This document shows positions 1 through 8,530 of a DNA stretch of 59,987 nt, one piece after another; position 1 is the first letter of the stretch, and the number at the start of each line of letters is the position of its first letter. The notes below the pieces were generated by a model. It was not told where the DNA came from. It searched no databases and was given only the letters and a program-made list of their open reading frames with translations. The position numbers and the translations under genes are program-made. The DNA lies in IMG/VR virus record IMGVR_UViG_3300041779_000001, positions 1 through 59,987 of that record; one strand, given 5' to 3'. This DNA comes from a virus (taxonomy: Duplodnaviria > Caudoviricetes).

Positions 1-1
1 A

Positions 2-127
2 GACATGGCAATGCTAGAATACCTGCACAAGGAGAATAAGAATGCCTAGCACATGGATTCCGCCCAAAGGCAAGGTCTACACCATCGCGGTCGACTTCGA
101 CGGGGTCATCCATGACTACCATCGGGG
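2..127. repeat. 126-bp terminal direct repeat (circular assembly overlap) with 59862-59987
   Basis: Bases 2-127 are identical to 59862-59987; base 1 (a) differs from 59861 (t). Confidence 0.97.
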
Positions 128-527
128 ATGGCATGATGGCACCATCTATGGGTCATTGATCCCCGAAACCAAGGCTTCTTTGCAGTATCTGCTGAGTAAG
201 TACTCAGTCTTCGTCTTCACCGCCCGGGACCCCGAACAGGTCATGCCCTGGCTAGAACAGCACGGTTTCGATGTAACCATCGACGAGCGCTGCGGTGCCT
301 GCCTGGGTTCGGGAGGTTTTAGGGGCCCCGATGGGATGGATGGGGTCATTGGACCTTGGACTAACTGTCAAGGTTGCAAGGGCACCGGACAACTCATGTT
401 CTGGAATCTCAGGGATCAGATCCTGGTGACTAATCGGAAGCTGGCGGCTGGTGCTTACATCGACGATCGGGGCATTCGCTTCGAGACCTGGGAACAAACG
501 CTAGCTGACCTGGAGGCTGTACTGTGA
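42..527 (+). CDS. HAD-superfamily phosphatase/nucleotidase with inserted CxxCxGxG zinc-finger pair
   Basis: Motif I DFDGVIH, motif II FTAR, motif IV YIDDR; internal CGACLGSG and CQGCKGTG. Confidence 0.8.
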   Translation: MPSTWIPPKGKVYTIAVDFDGVIHDYHRGWHDGTIYGSLIPETKASLQYLLSKYSVFVFTARDPEQVMPWLEQHGFDVTIDERCGACLGSGGFRGPDGMDGVIGPWTNCQGCKGTGQLMFWNLRDQILVTNRKLAAGAYIDDRGIRFETWEQTLADLEAVL

Positions 528-1009
528 ATGATCGACCAAGCCGCGACTTCGTGCTGATGAACAATGCCGTCCTTTGGGGCATGCGTAGTACCTGCACTCG
601 GGCAGGAGTAGGGGTAGTAATCTCTAAGGATGGTCGCATTCTCGCCAGTGGGTACAATGGTGCACCCTCGGGCATGGACCACTGCGACCATAGCTGTAAC
701 TGCGACTGGTTGGTAGATGGTAACAAGGGCTTGCATGAGAGCGATTGCCGATATAAGCAGCCCTGCAAGAACGTGGTACATGCCGAGGCAAATGCCATCG
801 CTTTCGCCGCTCGGTTCGGGGTGGGAGTAGAAGGAGCCGAGCTGTTCACCACTAGGGTACCCTGTCTAACCTGTGCTGGAATGATCATCAATGCCGGCAT
901 CAAACGGGTAGTATGGAGCGAGGAACATCGGGACATGGAGGGCTTCCTGCGCCTTGGACAGGCTGGTCTGGAGGTGGTACAATATGACCATGACCAATCT
1001 GAAGCCTGA
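524..1009 (+). CDS. dCMP deaminase
   Basis: STCTRAGVG, SGYNGAPSG, HAEANAI and PCLTC zinc-deaminase motifs. Confidence 0.93.
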   Translation: MNDRPSRDFVLMNNAVLWGMRSTCTRAGVGVVISKDGRILASGYNGAPSGMDHCDHSCNCDWLVDGNKGLHESDCRYKQPCKNVVHAEANAIAFAARFGVGVEGAELFTTRVPCLTCAGMIINAGIKRVVWSEEHRDMEGFLRLGQAGLEVVQYDHDQSEA

Positions 1010-3560
1010 CCGTGGCTGTACTTCGTGCAAGCTCCATCGCAATGCTGAGACTGTCTGTGAGATGGGCACAGGCCCTCGGGATGCCGAGATCATGGTCATC
1101 GGCAAGATGCCCAACTCAGGTCGGTATCAGCAGTCTCTGGAATCTCAGCTAGAGGAAGTTGGCCTCGACCCGAACCGGGTCTACTTCACCGCTGCTCTGA
1201 AGTGCAAGAACTTCGAGGACAATGCCAGTAATGCCGATGTCAAGGCTTGCCGGCAGCATCTCGAGCGTGAGATCGAGGTCGTAAGGCCAAGTCACATCTT
1301 GGCTCTAGGTAATGAGGGACTGCTCGCATCCACTGGGCACTCAGGGATTACCAAGTACCGGGGCAAGCCCATTGATAAGGGCGAGTATACCGTAATCCCT
1401 ACCGTCTCCCCAGCTGCTGTCCTGCGTAACCCCGGCCAGCGCCCCGGCTATATGGCTGACCTGCGGCTCTTCGCCAATGACTACTTGGGCTTGACTACGG
1501 GGGTTAAGGTACCCCAGTTCGCCAGGATTGATACCAAGGCGAAACTCAAGGCTCTCAAAAAGATCCTGTACATGTCCCACACCATCAGTTTTGACATCGA
1601 GACTACAGTCAACCCTCTGGGTGAGTTCGACCCCAAAGCTAAGATGATCTCGTTGGCGGGGACATGTTTTGCTACGGTTACTAATGAGGATGGTAGTGAG
1701 ACCGAAAAGATTTTCGGTTTCGCTTTGCCCCTGTACCATCCTGAGTCGGTCTGGCAGCGATCTTGGAAATGGGTACTAAAGTTCCTTAAGGGTGCTCTCG
1801 AGAGTATCGATAAGGGCATCGCTCAGAATGGTAAGTTTGACTGTCGTTGGCTTAAGCACTTTGGTGTTAACATGAAGCATACCTTCGACACCATGCTGGC
1901 CATTCATGTTCTAAACGAGAACATTGCCAAGGGCCTCAAGCCCAATGCTATGGCTCGTCTAGGTGTAGCACCCTGGGGCAGAGATACTAAGAACCTGTTG
2001 GGTGACCCCCTCAACGAAGTCCTTGAATATAACTTCCTGGACACCTACTATACCTACCTGATCTATAAGCAGCTCAGGGATGAGTTGGTAGAGCAACCTC
2101 GATTGCTGCGACTCTTTATGAAGTTGATGATGCCGGCAAGTCGAGACCTAGTGGACATCGAAAGGCGGGGGATCTGGCTTGATGTTCAACGGCTTACCAA
2201 TAGGAAGCCGATCGCAGAGGCTAAACTGGCTGAGATCGAGGCTAGTCTTAGCGAGTATCTACCCGATCCCGAGTCAGATGACTGGCCCATGGATTCCAAG
2301 GGTAAGAAGAAACTGGAGATCAACTACAATGCCAGTATCTTTGCTCGGTGGTTTCTCTTCGAGTGGCTACAACTTCCTGTCCTCGAACGGGGTAAGGAAA
2401 AGCCCGACGGCTCGCCGGGTGACCCTAGCATGGCTGAGTCGATACTCCTCCACCTTAAAGATCGTCACCCCGCAGTACAGTTGATGCTTGATCGTGTGGG
2501 ATGGCAGAAGAACCTCAGTTCATTCTTCAATGCATACGAAGTCATGTACGATGACAACCATCGGGTCCACACAACCTTCAAGCTTGCCGGTACCGTAACT
2601 GGTCGACTCAGTTCTGGGAAGGCTGATGCTGAAAAGGTCGGGGGTCGCACTGACCTGCGCGGGGTCAACCTTCAGCAGGTACCTCGGGACCCATTCATTC
2701 GGGGCATGTTCGGAGCACCGCCGGGATGGACTTTTGTCGAAGCTGACTATTCTCAGATCGAACTGAGGATTGCCGCGTTCATCGCCCATGAGCGTCACAT
2801 GATTCAACTTTACCAAGAGGGTGCCGACATTCACATGATCACCACTATGGGAGTCACTGGACTACCCAAGGCGGGGGTCACAAAGGAGATCCGTAAGAAA
2901 GTGGGAAAGCCGGTTAACTTTGGTTTTCTCTATGGTATGGGTTGGAAAAAGTTCATCGAGACCGCGTTCAACAACTATGGCGCGGTATTCAATGAGAGCG
3001 AAGCTAGAGCTTATCGAGAAGCTTACTTCAAGCTTTATCCCGACTTGCAGCGATGGCACGAGAGGCAGCGAAGGCTCGTCAGAGAAAACGGTAGGGTGCA
3101 GAGCCCCCTTGGGCGAGTGCGCCACCTGCCTGACATCTACTCGCCTGAGAAGGGGGTCCAGGCCGAAGCAGAGAGGCAGGCAATCAACTCGCCGGTGCAG
3201 GGCTTCGCCTCTGACATGGCATTGCTATCCATGACCCTGATCAATGCCGAGTTCAGGCGGCAGGGTATTGCCGGCAATTGCCTGGGACTGGTACACGACG
3301 CAATTAACTTCGAAATCCGAGACGATGATCTCGGGCGGGCCCTCCCTATCATCAAGGATACCATGGAGGATCCAGAACCTCTTAGGCAGAAATTCGGTAC
3401 TATTCTCACCATTCCGATTGTAGCTGACCTCAAACTGGGTCGTCACTGGGGTGACTCGAAGGAAGTTGAGAACCCAGAGGTGATCTACAGCGCGACTGAT
3501 CTGGCCTTCTGGATGGCTCAGAACCACCCCGCTTATCAGCACGGATCATTGGTTGCTTAG
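984..3560 (+). CDS. polA: Family A DNA polymerase with N-terminal uracil-DNA-glycosylase-like domain and 3'-5' exonuclease
   Basis: Exo I FDIET; TGRLSS, NLQQVPR, motif A ADYSQIELR, motif B KPVNFGFLYG, motif C VHD; N-terminal CxxCxLH...GPRDAEIMVIG...PAAVLR family-4 UDG pattern; ATG 984 follows GGAGG. Confidence 0.95.
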   Translation: MTMTNLKPDRGCTSCKLHRNAETVCEMGTGPRDAEIMVIGKMPNSGRYQQSLESQLEEVGLDPNRVYFTAALKCKNFEDNASNADVKACRQHLEREIEVVRPSHILALGNEGLLASTGHSGITKYRGKPIDKGEYTVIPTVSPAAVLRNPGQRPGYMADLRLFANDYLGLTTGVKVPQFARIDTKAKLKALKKILYMSHTISFDIETTVNPLGEFDPKAKMISLAGTCFATVTNEDGSETEKIFGFALPLYHPESVWQRSWKWVLKFLKGALESIDKGIAQNGKFDCRWLKHFGVNMKHTFDTMLAIHVLNENIAKGLKPNAMARLGVAPWGRDTKNLLGDPLNEVLEYNFLDTYYTYLIYKQLRDELVEQPRLLRLFMKLMMPASRDLVDIERRGIWLDVQRLTNRKPIAEAKLAEIEASLSEYLPDPESDDWPMDSKGKKKLEINYNASIFARWFLFEWLQLPVLERGKEKPDGSPGDPSMAESILLHLKDRHPAVQLMLDRVGWQKNLSSFFNAYEVMYDDNHRVHTTFKLAGTVTGRLSSGKADAEKVGGRTDLRGVNLQQVPRDPFIRGMFGAPPGWTFVEADYSQIELRIAAFIAHERHMIQLYQEGADIHMITTMGVTGLPKAGVTKEIRKKVGKPVNFGFLYGMGWKKFIETAFNNYGAVFNESEARAYREAYFKLYPDLQRWHERQRRLVRENGRVQSPLGRVRHLPDIYSPEKGVQAEAERQAINSPVQGFASDMALLSMTLINAEFRRQGIAGNCLGLVHDAINFEIRDDDLGRALPIIKDTMEDPEPLRQKFGTILTIPIVADLKLGRHWGDSKEVENPEVIYSATDLAFWMAQNHPAYQHGSLVA

Positions 3561-3614
3561 AAGATTGACCGATGGTTTGAGGAATGGTAATATGCCTAGT
3601 AAAGGAGGTCTATC

Positions 3615-3842
3615 ATGTCGAAGCGAAACCGTTCCTCAAACTACCCGATCTGCAAGCGAGCTAACAAGAAGATCCTGGTCGACCGTATTCAAGCTGATCT
3701 CCTGTTGGAGTATATTCAGCTGAATGCCAGGCGTACTATCCACGAAGAATCCCGAAGCTACCACTGCAATTTCGGTAATCACTATCATTTGACTTCAGAG
3801 GATCAGCGGACCGAGAATCATAACTCGCCGCATTCCGCGTAG
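3615..3842 (+). CDS. Small hypothetical protein with probable zinc ligands (YHCNFGNHYHLTS)
   Basis: AGGAGG RBS and upstream TTGACC promoter-like element. Confidence 0.65.
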   Translation: MSKRNRSSNYPICKRANKKILVDRIQADLLLEYIQLNARRTIHEESRSYHCNFGNHYHLTSEDQRTENHNSPHSA

Positions 3843-3844
3843 GG

Positions 3845-3898
3845 TTGACCCTCAGCCTCCCCGGCCGATAGGATGACTTTACAGCCTTGACCGAGGAG
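3845..3898 (+). promoter_or_regulatory. Sigma70/HrdB-type promoter plus TGACCGAGGAG leader motif
   Basis: TTGACC-N18-TAGGAT; motif at 3888-3898 before GTG 3905. Confidence 0.7.
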
Positions 3899-3904
3899 AA
3901 CTAG

Positions 3905-4963
3905 GTGCCTGGACTTTATTTTGATGAGAGCGTTGGGAAGTATGTTGTAACCCAATCCATGCTGAAGCTTTTCAAAACGTGCCCTCGGCAGACTCTGTAC
4001 AAGCAGGTAGAGCGCCTTAAGCCCCGAGTACTCTCCAAGCCTCTCAAGCGAGGCACATGGATGCACCACCTGCTGGAAGAACACCATGCCGGCAGAGACT
4101 GGCGAAAGATGCATGCCCAGTTGAGTACCCAGTTCGCCGGGTTGTTCGACGAGGAAAAGGATTTCTACGGCGATCTGCCAGTTGAATGTCTCGCTTTGAT
4201 GGAGTCTTACATCTGGCATTATGAGGCCGATCCCTGGATTGTCCATGAGACAGAGTTCACAGTCGAAGCAGAGTTCCCTGATGGCACCCTTTATCGAGGC
4301 AAGGTTGATGCTCTCATTGAGAACCAGTTCGGCCTCTGGATCGTAGACCATAAGACTCATAAGGTTCTGCCTAGTCATACTTTCCGTGTGCTAGATGCTC
4401 AGTCCGCCCTATACATCTGGGCAGCTAAGAAGATGGGTCTAAAGATCGAGGGCTTCATTTGGAACTACCTCAAGACTGTCGCCCCCTCCAAGCCCAAGCT
4501 TATCAAGAGTGGTGCTCGGTTGTCCAAGGTTATGGGGGATACTGACTATCTAACCTATACCCGAGAAATTCGACGACTGAAAGCCGAGCACGGCTATAGG
4601 ATCACGTCGGAGAATGTCGAGTTGTCTCGCCGACTAAAGGGTCATCGTTACGTACCTGGCGAACCCCAGCTCTCCGAGTTCTTCCGTAGGGATATCCTCG
4701 AGAAAGACGATGCGATGCTTCGGCGAGTTGCATCAGAGGCTTTCCACACCACCAGGCGCATGGCTAAGTATAACTTCGAACAGCGTGATGCAGTGGAGCG
4801 AAACTCCAACCGAAGTAACTGTGACTACATGTGCAGTTACCAAGATCTCTGTACAGTGGAACTCATCGGAGGCAATGTCGGGGCACTGCGTAAGAACTAC
4901 ACAATCGGCAACCCGCAAGATTATTACCAAGACAGAGCCGGCGAAGTAAAGGGGTCAGAATAA
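3905..4963 (+). CDS. PD-(D/E)XK (Cas4/RecB-like) exonuclease
   Basis: CPR, GTWMH, GKVDAL, IVDHKT, Q..LY and C-terminal CDYMCSYQDLC. Confidence 0.85.
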   Translation: MPGLYFDESVGKYVVTQSMLKLFKTCPRQTLYKQVERLKPRVLSKPLKRGTWMHHLLEEHHAGRDWRKMHAQLSTQFAGLFDEEKDFYGDLPVECLALMESYIWHYEADPWIVHETEFTVEAEFPDGTLYRGKVDALIENQFGLWIVDHKTHKVLPSHTFRVLDAQSALYIWAAKKMGLKIEGFIWNYLKTVAPSKPKLIKSGARLSKVMGDTDYLTYTREIRRLKAEHGYRITSENVELSRRLKGHRYVPGEPQLSEFFRRDILEKDDAMLRRVASEAFHTTRRMAKYNFEQRDAVERNSNRSNCDYMCSYQDLCTVELIGGNVGALRKNYTIGNPQDYYQDRAGEVKGSE

Positions 4964-4966
4964 GTT

Positions 4967-5206
4967 ATGCCAAAGTTCCGTAAGAAGCCCATCGAGATTG
5001 AAGCTATCCAGTTCATCGGCAACTTTGCCGAGCTTGAACGGTTCGTCGGCGGTGACGCCGAGCTCCGTAACGGCGAACTGGTGATTGCCACGCGGGAGGG
5101 CGCGATGCACGCCTCACCCCTTGACTGGATCATCAAGGGCGTCCAGGGCGAGTTCTACCCCTGCAAGCCGGACATCTTCACCGCCACCTACGAGGAGGTC
5201 AAATGA
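4967..5206 (+). CDS. Conserved small phage protein (KKP.EIEA...[11 protein letters not shown] family)
   Basis: Recognisable widespread phage motif; strong GC3 codon bias. Confidence 0.8.
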   Translation: MPKFRKKPIEIEAIQFIGNFAELERFVGGDAELRNGELVIATREGAMHASPLDWIIKGVQGEFYPCKPDIFTATYEEVK

Positions 5207-6003
5207 TGGCAGAAAAAGACTACTCCGCCATTGCTAGGCAGCGTATCCAGCGCCCGGCTGACACTGATCGACTGCCCAAGTTCCACGTCTACTCACGACA
5301 GAAGAAGGGCAAGACTACCTTCAGCACATCGGCGGGTGTGGAGAACACGCTGATCCTTGACCCGGAACATGGCACTGACGCCATGAAGACAAAGAACCCT
5401 CATGTCTGGCACATCGAGAAATGGGAGGACATGGATGAGGCCTGGAATTTCGCCAGGTCGGGTAAGCATGACTATCAGTGGTTCTCAGTCGATGGGCTAA
5501 CCAAGCTCTCCCAGATGTCCCTGAAGTATACTATGAGAATCCAGGAAGAACGGTCAATCGATCGTATTCCCGGTCAGGTACAGCAGCGAGACTATGGTCG
5601 TGCCGGCGAGGTCATGAAGACCATGCTGACGAACTTCCATAACCTGCCTTATGGGGTTGTCTTCACCTCCCAGGAGCGAGCCAATGAGGCGGCCGACTCA
5701 GAAGAAGATGACGAGGTCGAGTCGGAGACCATGGAATATGTCCCGGATCTCCCCAAAGGGGTTCGTGGCTACGTCAACTCTATGGTCGATGTCATCGGTC
5801 GACTCTACGTCGCAAAGGTAGATCTAACTGATGGAACTACCAAGACTCAACGTCGTATGTGGTTGGGGGAAAGCTTGAAGTACGACACTGGGTATCGATC
5901 CGATTACACCCTGCCTGATATGCTCAAGATGCCCACCATCCCCAAATTGGTGTCACTCATGGAAACAGGGAAGATCCCGGTTAGAAAGAAGGCCGCCAGC
6001 TGA
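5203..6003 (+). CDS. AAA_24/Sak4-like ATPase (recombinase)
   Basis: Degenerate Walker A (SRQKKGKTT), [13 protein letters not shown]; lies between exonuclease and SSB. Confidence 0.8.
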   Translation: MMAEKDYSAIARQRIQRPADTDRLPKFHVYSRQKKGKTTFSTSAGVENTLILDPEHGTDAMKTKNPHVWHIEKWEDMDEAWNFARSGKHDYQWFSVDGLTKLSQMSLKYTMRIQEERSIDRIPGQVQQRDYGRAGEVMKTMLTNFHNLPYGVVFTSQERANEAADSEEDDEVESETMEYVPDLPKGVRGYVNSMVDVIGRLYVAKVDLTDGTTKTQRRMWLGESLKYDTGYRSDYTLPDMLKMPTIPKLVSLMETGKIPVRKKAAS

Positions 6004-6025
6004 GAATGGCCTTTGCCACGGCGAG

Positions 6026-6096
6026 TTGATTTCCCGTAAGGCCCCAGATAGCATGATCTACATACGCCTCGCCCTATTGAGGCTGACCGAGGAAGG
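6026..6096 (+). promoter_or_regulatory. Promoter plus TGACCGAGGAAGG leader motif
   Basis: TTGATT-N17-TAGCAT; motif at 6084-6096 before GTG 6105. Confidence 0.65.
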
Positions 6097-6104
6097 TACC
6101 ATCA

Positions 6105-6848
6105 GTGGCTGAATCTGCAACCTCCATGATCCTTGACTTTACTAACGTCAAGGACGGCGGTAATTTCAACACCAAGCGGGTACCAGCGGGTGACTATCTC
6201 GCTAAGGTGACCAAGGTCATCGACGCCCCGACCAAGAAGAAGGATGACGGCAGCGGGGGGGACCCCCAGTGGACCTTCACCGTTGAGCTGGTCGACAAGT
6301 ACTCGGATCGCAAGTTCCCGTACCGTTGCAAGCTGGAGGCCAACCAGCTCTGGAAGATCCGCAACCTGTTCATCGCCGGCGGGATCGTCATCCCGAAGAA
6401 GAAGATGAAGGTCGACCCGAACAAGGCCGTAGGTCGTCTCATCGCCGTCTCGCTCGATGATGACGAGTACGATGGCAAGATGCAGTCAGTGATCTCTCAG
6501 GTCTTCCCGGCCAGTGAACTCGATGATGCCGGCACTGACACCGACGATGTCGATGAGAACGAAGAGGAGGATGACGAGGAGGAAGAGGAGGAGCCCGCCC
6601 CCGCGCCTGCTCGTCGCAAGAAGGCTGCCCCGGAGCCGGAGCCCGAGGAAGACGAAGAGGACGAGGAAGAAGCTGAGGACGACGAGGAAGAAGAGGAAGA
6701 GGAGCCGGCACCGCCCGTAAAGGCGCGGGCCAAGGCGAGCATTCCCGCTCAGCGCAAGGCTTCTCCCACGGCCACCAAGACCCGAGCCAAGGCGAAGCCG
6801 GTCGTCGAGGACGACGAACTCGAGGAGCTCGACCTCACCGAGATCTGA
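6105..6848 (+). CDS. Single-stranded DNA-binding protein (DUF669-like) with long acidic/Ala-Lys tail
   Basis: VPAGDYLAKV OB-fold-like N-terminus, acidic C-terminus, Sak4-SSB synteny. Confidence 0.7.
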   Translation: MAESATSMILDFTNVKDGGNFNTKRVPAGDYLAKVTKVIDAPTKKKDDGSGGDPQWTFTVELVDKYSDRKFPYRCKLEANQLWKIRNLFIAGGIVIPKKKMKVDPNKAVGRLIAVSLDDDEYDGKMQSVISQVFPASELDDAGTDTDDVDENEEEDDEEEEEEPAPAPARRKKAAPEPEPEEDEEDEEEAEDDEEEEEEEPAPPVKARAKASIPAQRKASPTATKTRAKAKPVVEDDELEELDLTEI

Positions 6849-6938
6849 TCTTCTCGGGATGAGCAACGAGCTAAAAAATCTATCCTCCGTCCGAAGTCTA
6901 GCCTTGACGTTTCATCGACCGAGATGAGATGATTGGCT

Positions 6939-7070
6939 TGGTTCGATCGCAGATTCCACCCGAGAGGCCCCCACACCTTTGGGATTTGCAATCGGACCAC
7001 CAAGTTCGGGCAGTCCGGTTTCCTAAAAAACCCTCCTCGGTCAAAGTAGGGGGAGACCGGACTGCCCTTT
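6939..7070 (+). ncRNA. Candidate two-hairpin small RNA
   Basis: TTGACG(6904)-N18-GATGAT upstream; stem 6939-6958/6980-6999 (20 positions, 3 G.U, 1 mismatch); 16-bp stem 7008-7023/7052-7067 followed by TTT. Confidence 0.65.
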
Positions 7071-7088
7071 GTCGTAAGAGGAGAAGCG

Positions 7089-7256
7089 ATGACATGGATC
7101 AAGTCCTCTCACTGCGGAGCTAATAACTCTTGCATCGAGGTCAACATCGAAACTGAGACAGTCCAGGTTCGAGACTCAAAGGATGATCAGAGCCCAGTAC
7201 TCACGTTCTCTCGAGAAGCCTGGGTAGACTTCCTCGTGATGGCCCCGAACAACTGA
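7089..7256 (+). CDS. DUF397 (BldB-like) protein, 55 aa, absent from the ORF track
   Basis: MTWIKSSHCGANNSCIEV...VQVRDSKD..SPVLTFSREAWVDFL matches the W.KSS..C.EV..VRDSK..W..F signature; GAGGAG RBS. Confidence 0.9.
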   Translation: MTWIKSSHCGANNSCIEVNIETETVQVRDSKDDQSPVLTFSREAWVDFLVMAPNN

Positions 7257-7257
7257 C

Positions 7258-7557
7258 ATGACAACACAACGCGAGTCTCGTATCAGTGGAAACATCTTGG
7301 ATGCCCTTCGTGCTCGAGGGGTATTCTGCTTCAAGATCCAGGGTGGTCCGACGATGATGAGGGGACTGCCGGACATCATCGCTTGTGTGGATGGCCACTT
7401 CGTGGGACTGGAAACAAAGGTTCCAGAAAAACGAGGTAATGTAAGCGTCATCCAGAGACGAGTTCATGAGTTGATGCGTCAGGCTGGAGCTACAGTGGTA
7501 GTAGTCTGCGGAGTGCAGGAAGCACTGGCAGTGATCGATCGAGTAAAGGGTGCATGA
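7258..7557 (+). CDS. VRR-NUC domain nuclease (Holliday junction resolvase-like)
   Basis: GLPDII...FVGLETK...Q pattern. Confidence 0.88.
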   Translation: MTTQRESRISGNILDALRARGVFCFKIQGGPTMMRGLPDIIACVDGHFVGLETKVPEKRGNVSVIQRRVHELMRQAGATVVVVCGVQEALAVIDRVKGA

Positions 7558-8138
7558 TGATTGCCTGGTACGATACGGAATTTCACGAGAGGGGCCATCA
7601 CTTCCCGATCGACCTTATCAGCATCGGGTTGGTGCGCCAAGATGGCTTCCAGTACTATGCCATCTGTTCAGAGTTTGACTTCGAGGCTGCCTGGAATAAC
7701 CCAGGCAAAGATGGCGACTACTGGTTGAGGGAGAATGTCCTCAAGCAACTACCCCTGATCTGGCCCGAGAATCGATCCACACCTAAGCTGGATAAGGCCC
7801 ATGCTAGTGTTCGTAGTCGGGCAGCAATCCGACGCGAGCTGATGGTCTTCCTCGGGCTAGATGGCCTGAACCCCGCTGAGATCGAGCTCTGGGCATGGTA
7901 TGCCGACTACGATCACGTCGTACTCTGTCAGCTCTTCGGGACTATGGCTGAACTGCCTGCTGGCATGCCTATGTTCACCCACGACCTCAAGCAGGAACTC
8001 GCCCTACATGGCAACCCGCCCATGCCGGCACAGGTGAGGGGGCATCACAACGCCCTCGATGATGCTTTGCACCTCAAGTATATGTGGTCGCATGCCAAGG
8101 CTCGAGGACTCGTCAACAAGACCACACCTATCAACTAG
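7554..8138 (+). CDS. DEDDh 3'-5' exoribonuclease, Rv2179c/RNase AS-like
   Basis: YDTEF, IDLISIG, WAWYADYDHV.LCQLFG.M..LP, HHNALDDA. Confidence 0.88.
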   Translation: MMIAWYDTEFHERGHHFPIDLISIGLVRQDGFQYYAICSEFDFEAAWNNPGKDGDYWLRENVLKQLPLIWPENRSTPKLDKAHASVRSRAAIRRELMVFLGLDGLNPAEIELWAWYADYDHVVLCQLFGTMAELPAGMPMFTHDLKQELALHGNPPMPAQVRGHHNALDDALHLKYMWSHAKARGLVNKTTPIN

Positions 8139-8145
8139 GAGTACC

Positions 8146-8481
8146 ATGAGAATCGAACAGGCATGGCTTCGGCTGCGCGCCGGCGATCGTATCCGCAATG
8201 CCCACTGGGCTGAGGAGATGTGGATCGTCCTGCAAGAGGGTTACCCCGAAGGTATCCCCATCAATGCCAACACGGCAAGGGCAACTCACATCCCTGAGGG
8301 TACGGTTAAGGCCTTCCGGCCCTACATCATGCTGCACTGCGTAGATGGCAGCTTCGTGCCTTATGTCGCAACCCAGTCTGACCTGCTGACCGAACACTGG
8401 CAAGTCATTCACGGCGATGGTACTCAGGACCAGTACGCCGTCGTCATCGGGCGCCCGCTTAAGGATAATCCGCAGGCGTAA
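8146..8481 (+). CDS. DUF2829 / Tad2-like protein
   Basis: A...LRAGDRIR...W, PYIML, VPYVATQSDLLTEHW; ATG 8146 after AGGAG. Confidence 0.75.
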   Translation: MRIEQAWLRLRAGDRIRNAHWAEEMWIVLQEGYPEGIPINANTARATHIPEGTVKAFRPYIMLHCVDGSFVPYVATQSDLLTEHWQVIHGDGTQDQYAVVIGRPLKDNPQA

Positions 8482-8488
8482 CGCCAAC

Positions 8489-8523
8489 CGGCCCTGCCCT
8501 CGATGGTGATGAGGGCAGGGCCG
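8489..8523. terminator. Hairpin between convergent genes
   Basis: CGGCCCTGCCCTC...GAGGGCAGGGCCG. Confidence 0.65.
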
Positions 8524-8530
8524 AGAGGTG

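Noticed and set aside
3905-4963. CRISPR-Cas system (Cas4-like gene)
   Set aside because: No repeat-spacer array or other cas genes seen; the context is a phage recombination module
6439-6866. Poly-Ser and Leu-rich minus-strand ORFs and GAG/GAC repeats
   Set aside because: Reverse reading of the acidic SSB tail, not a separate repeat element
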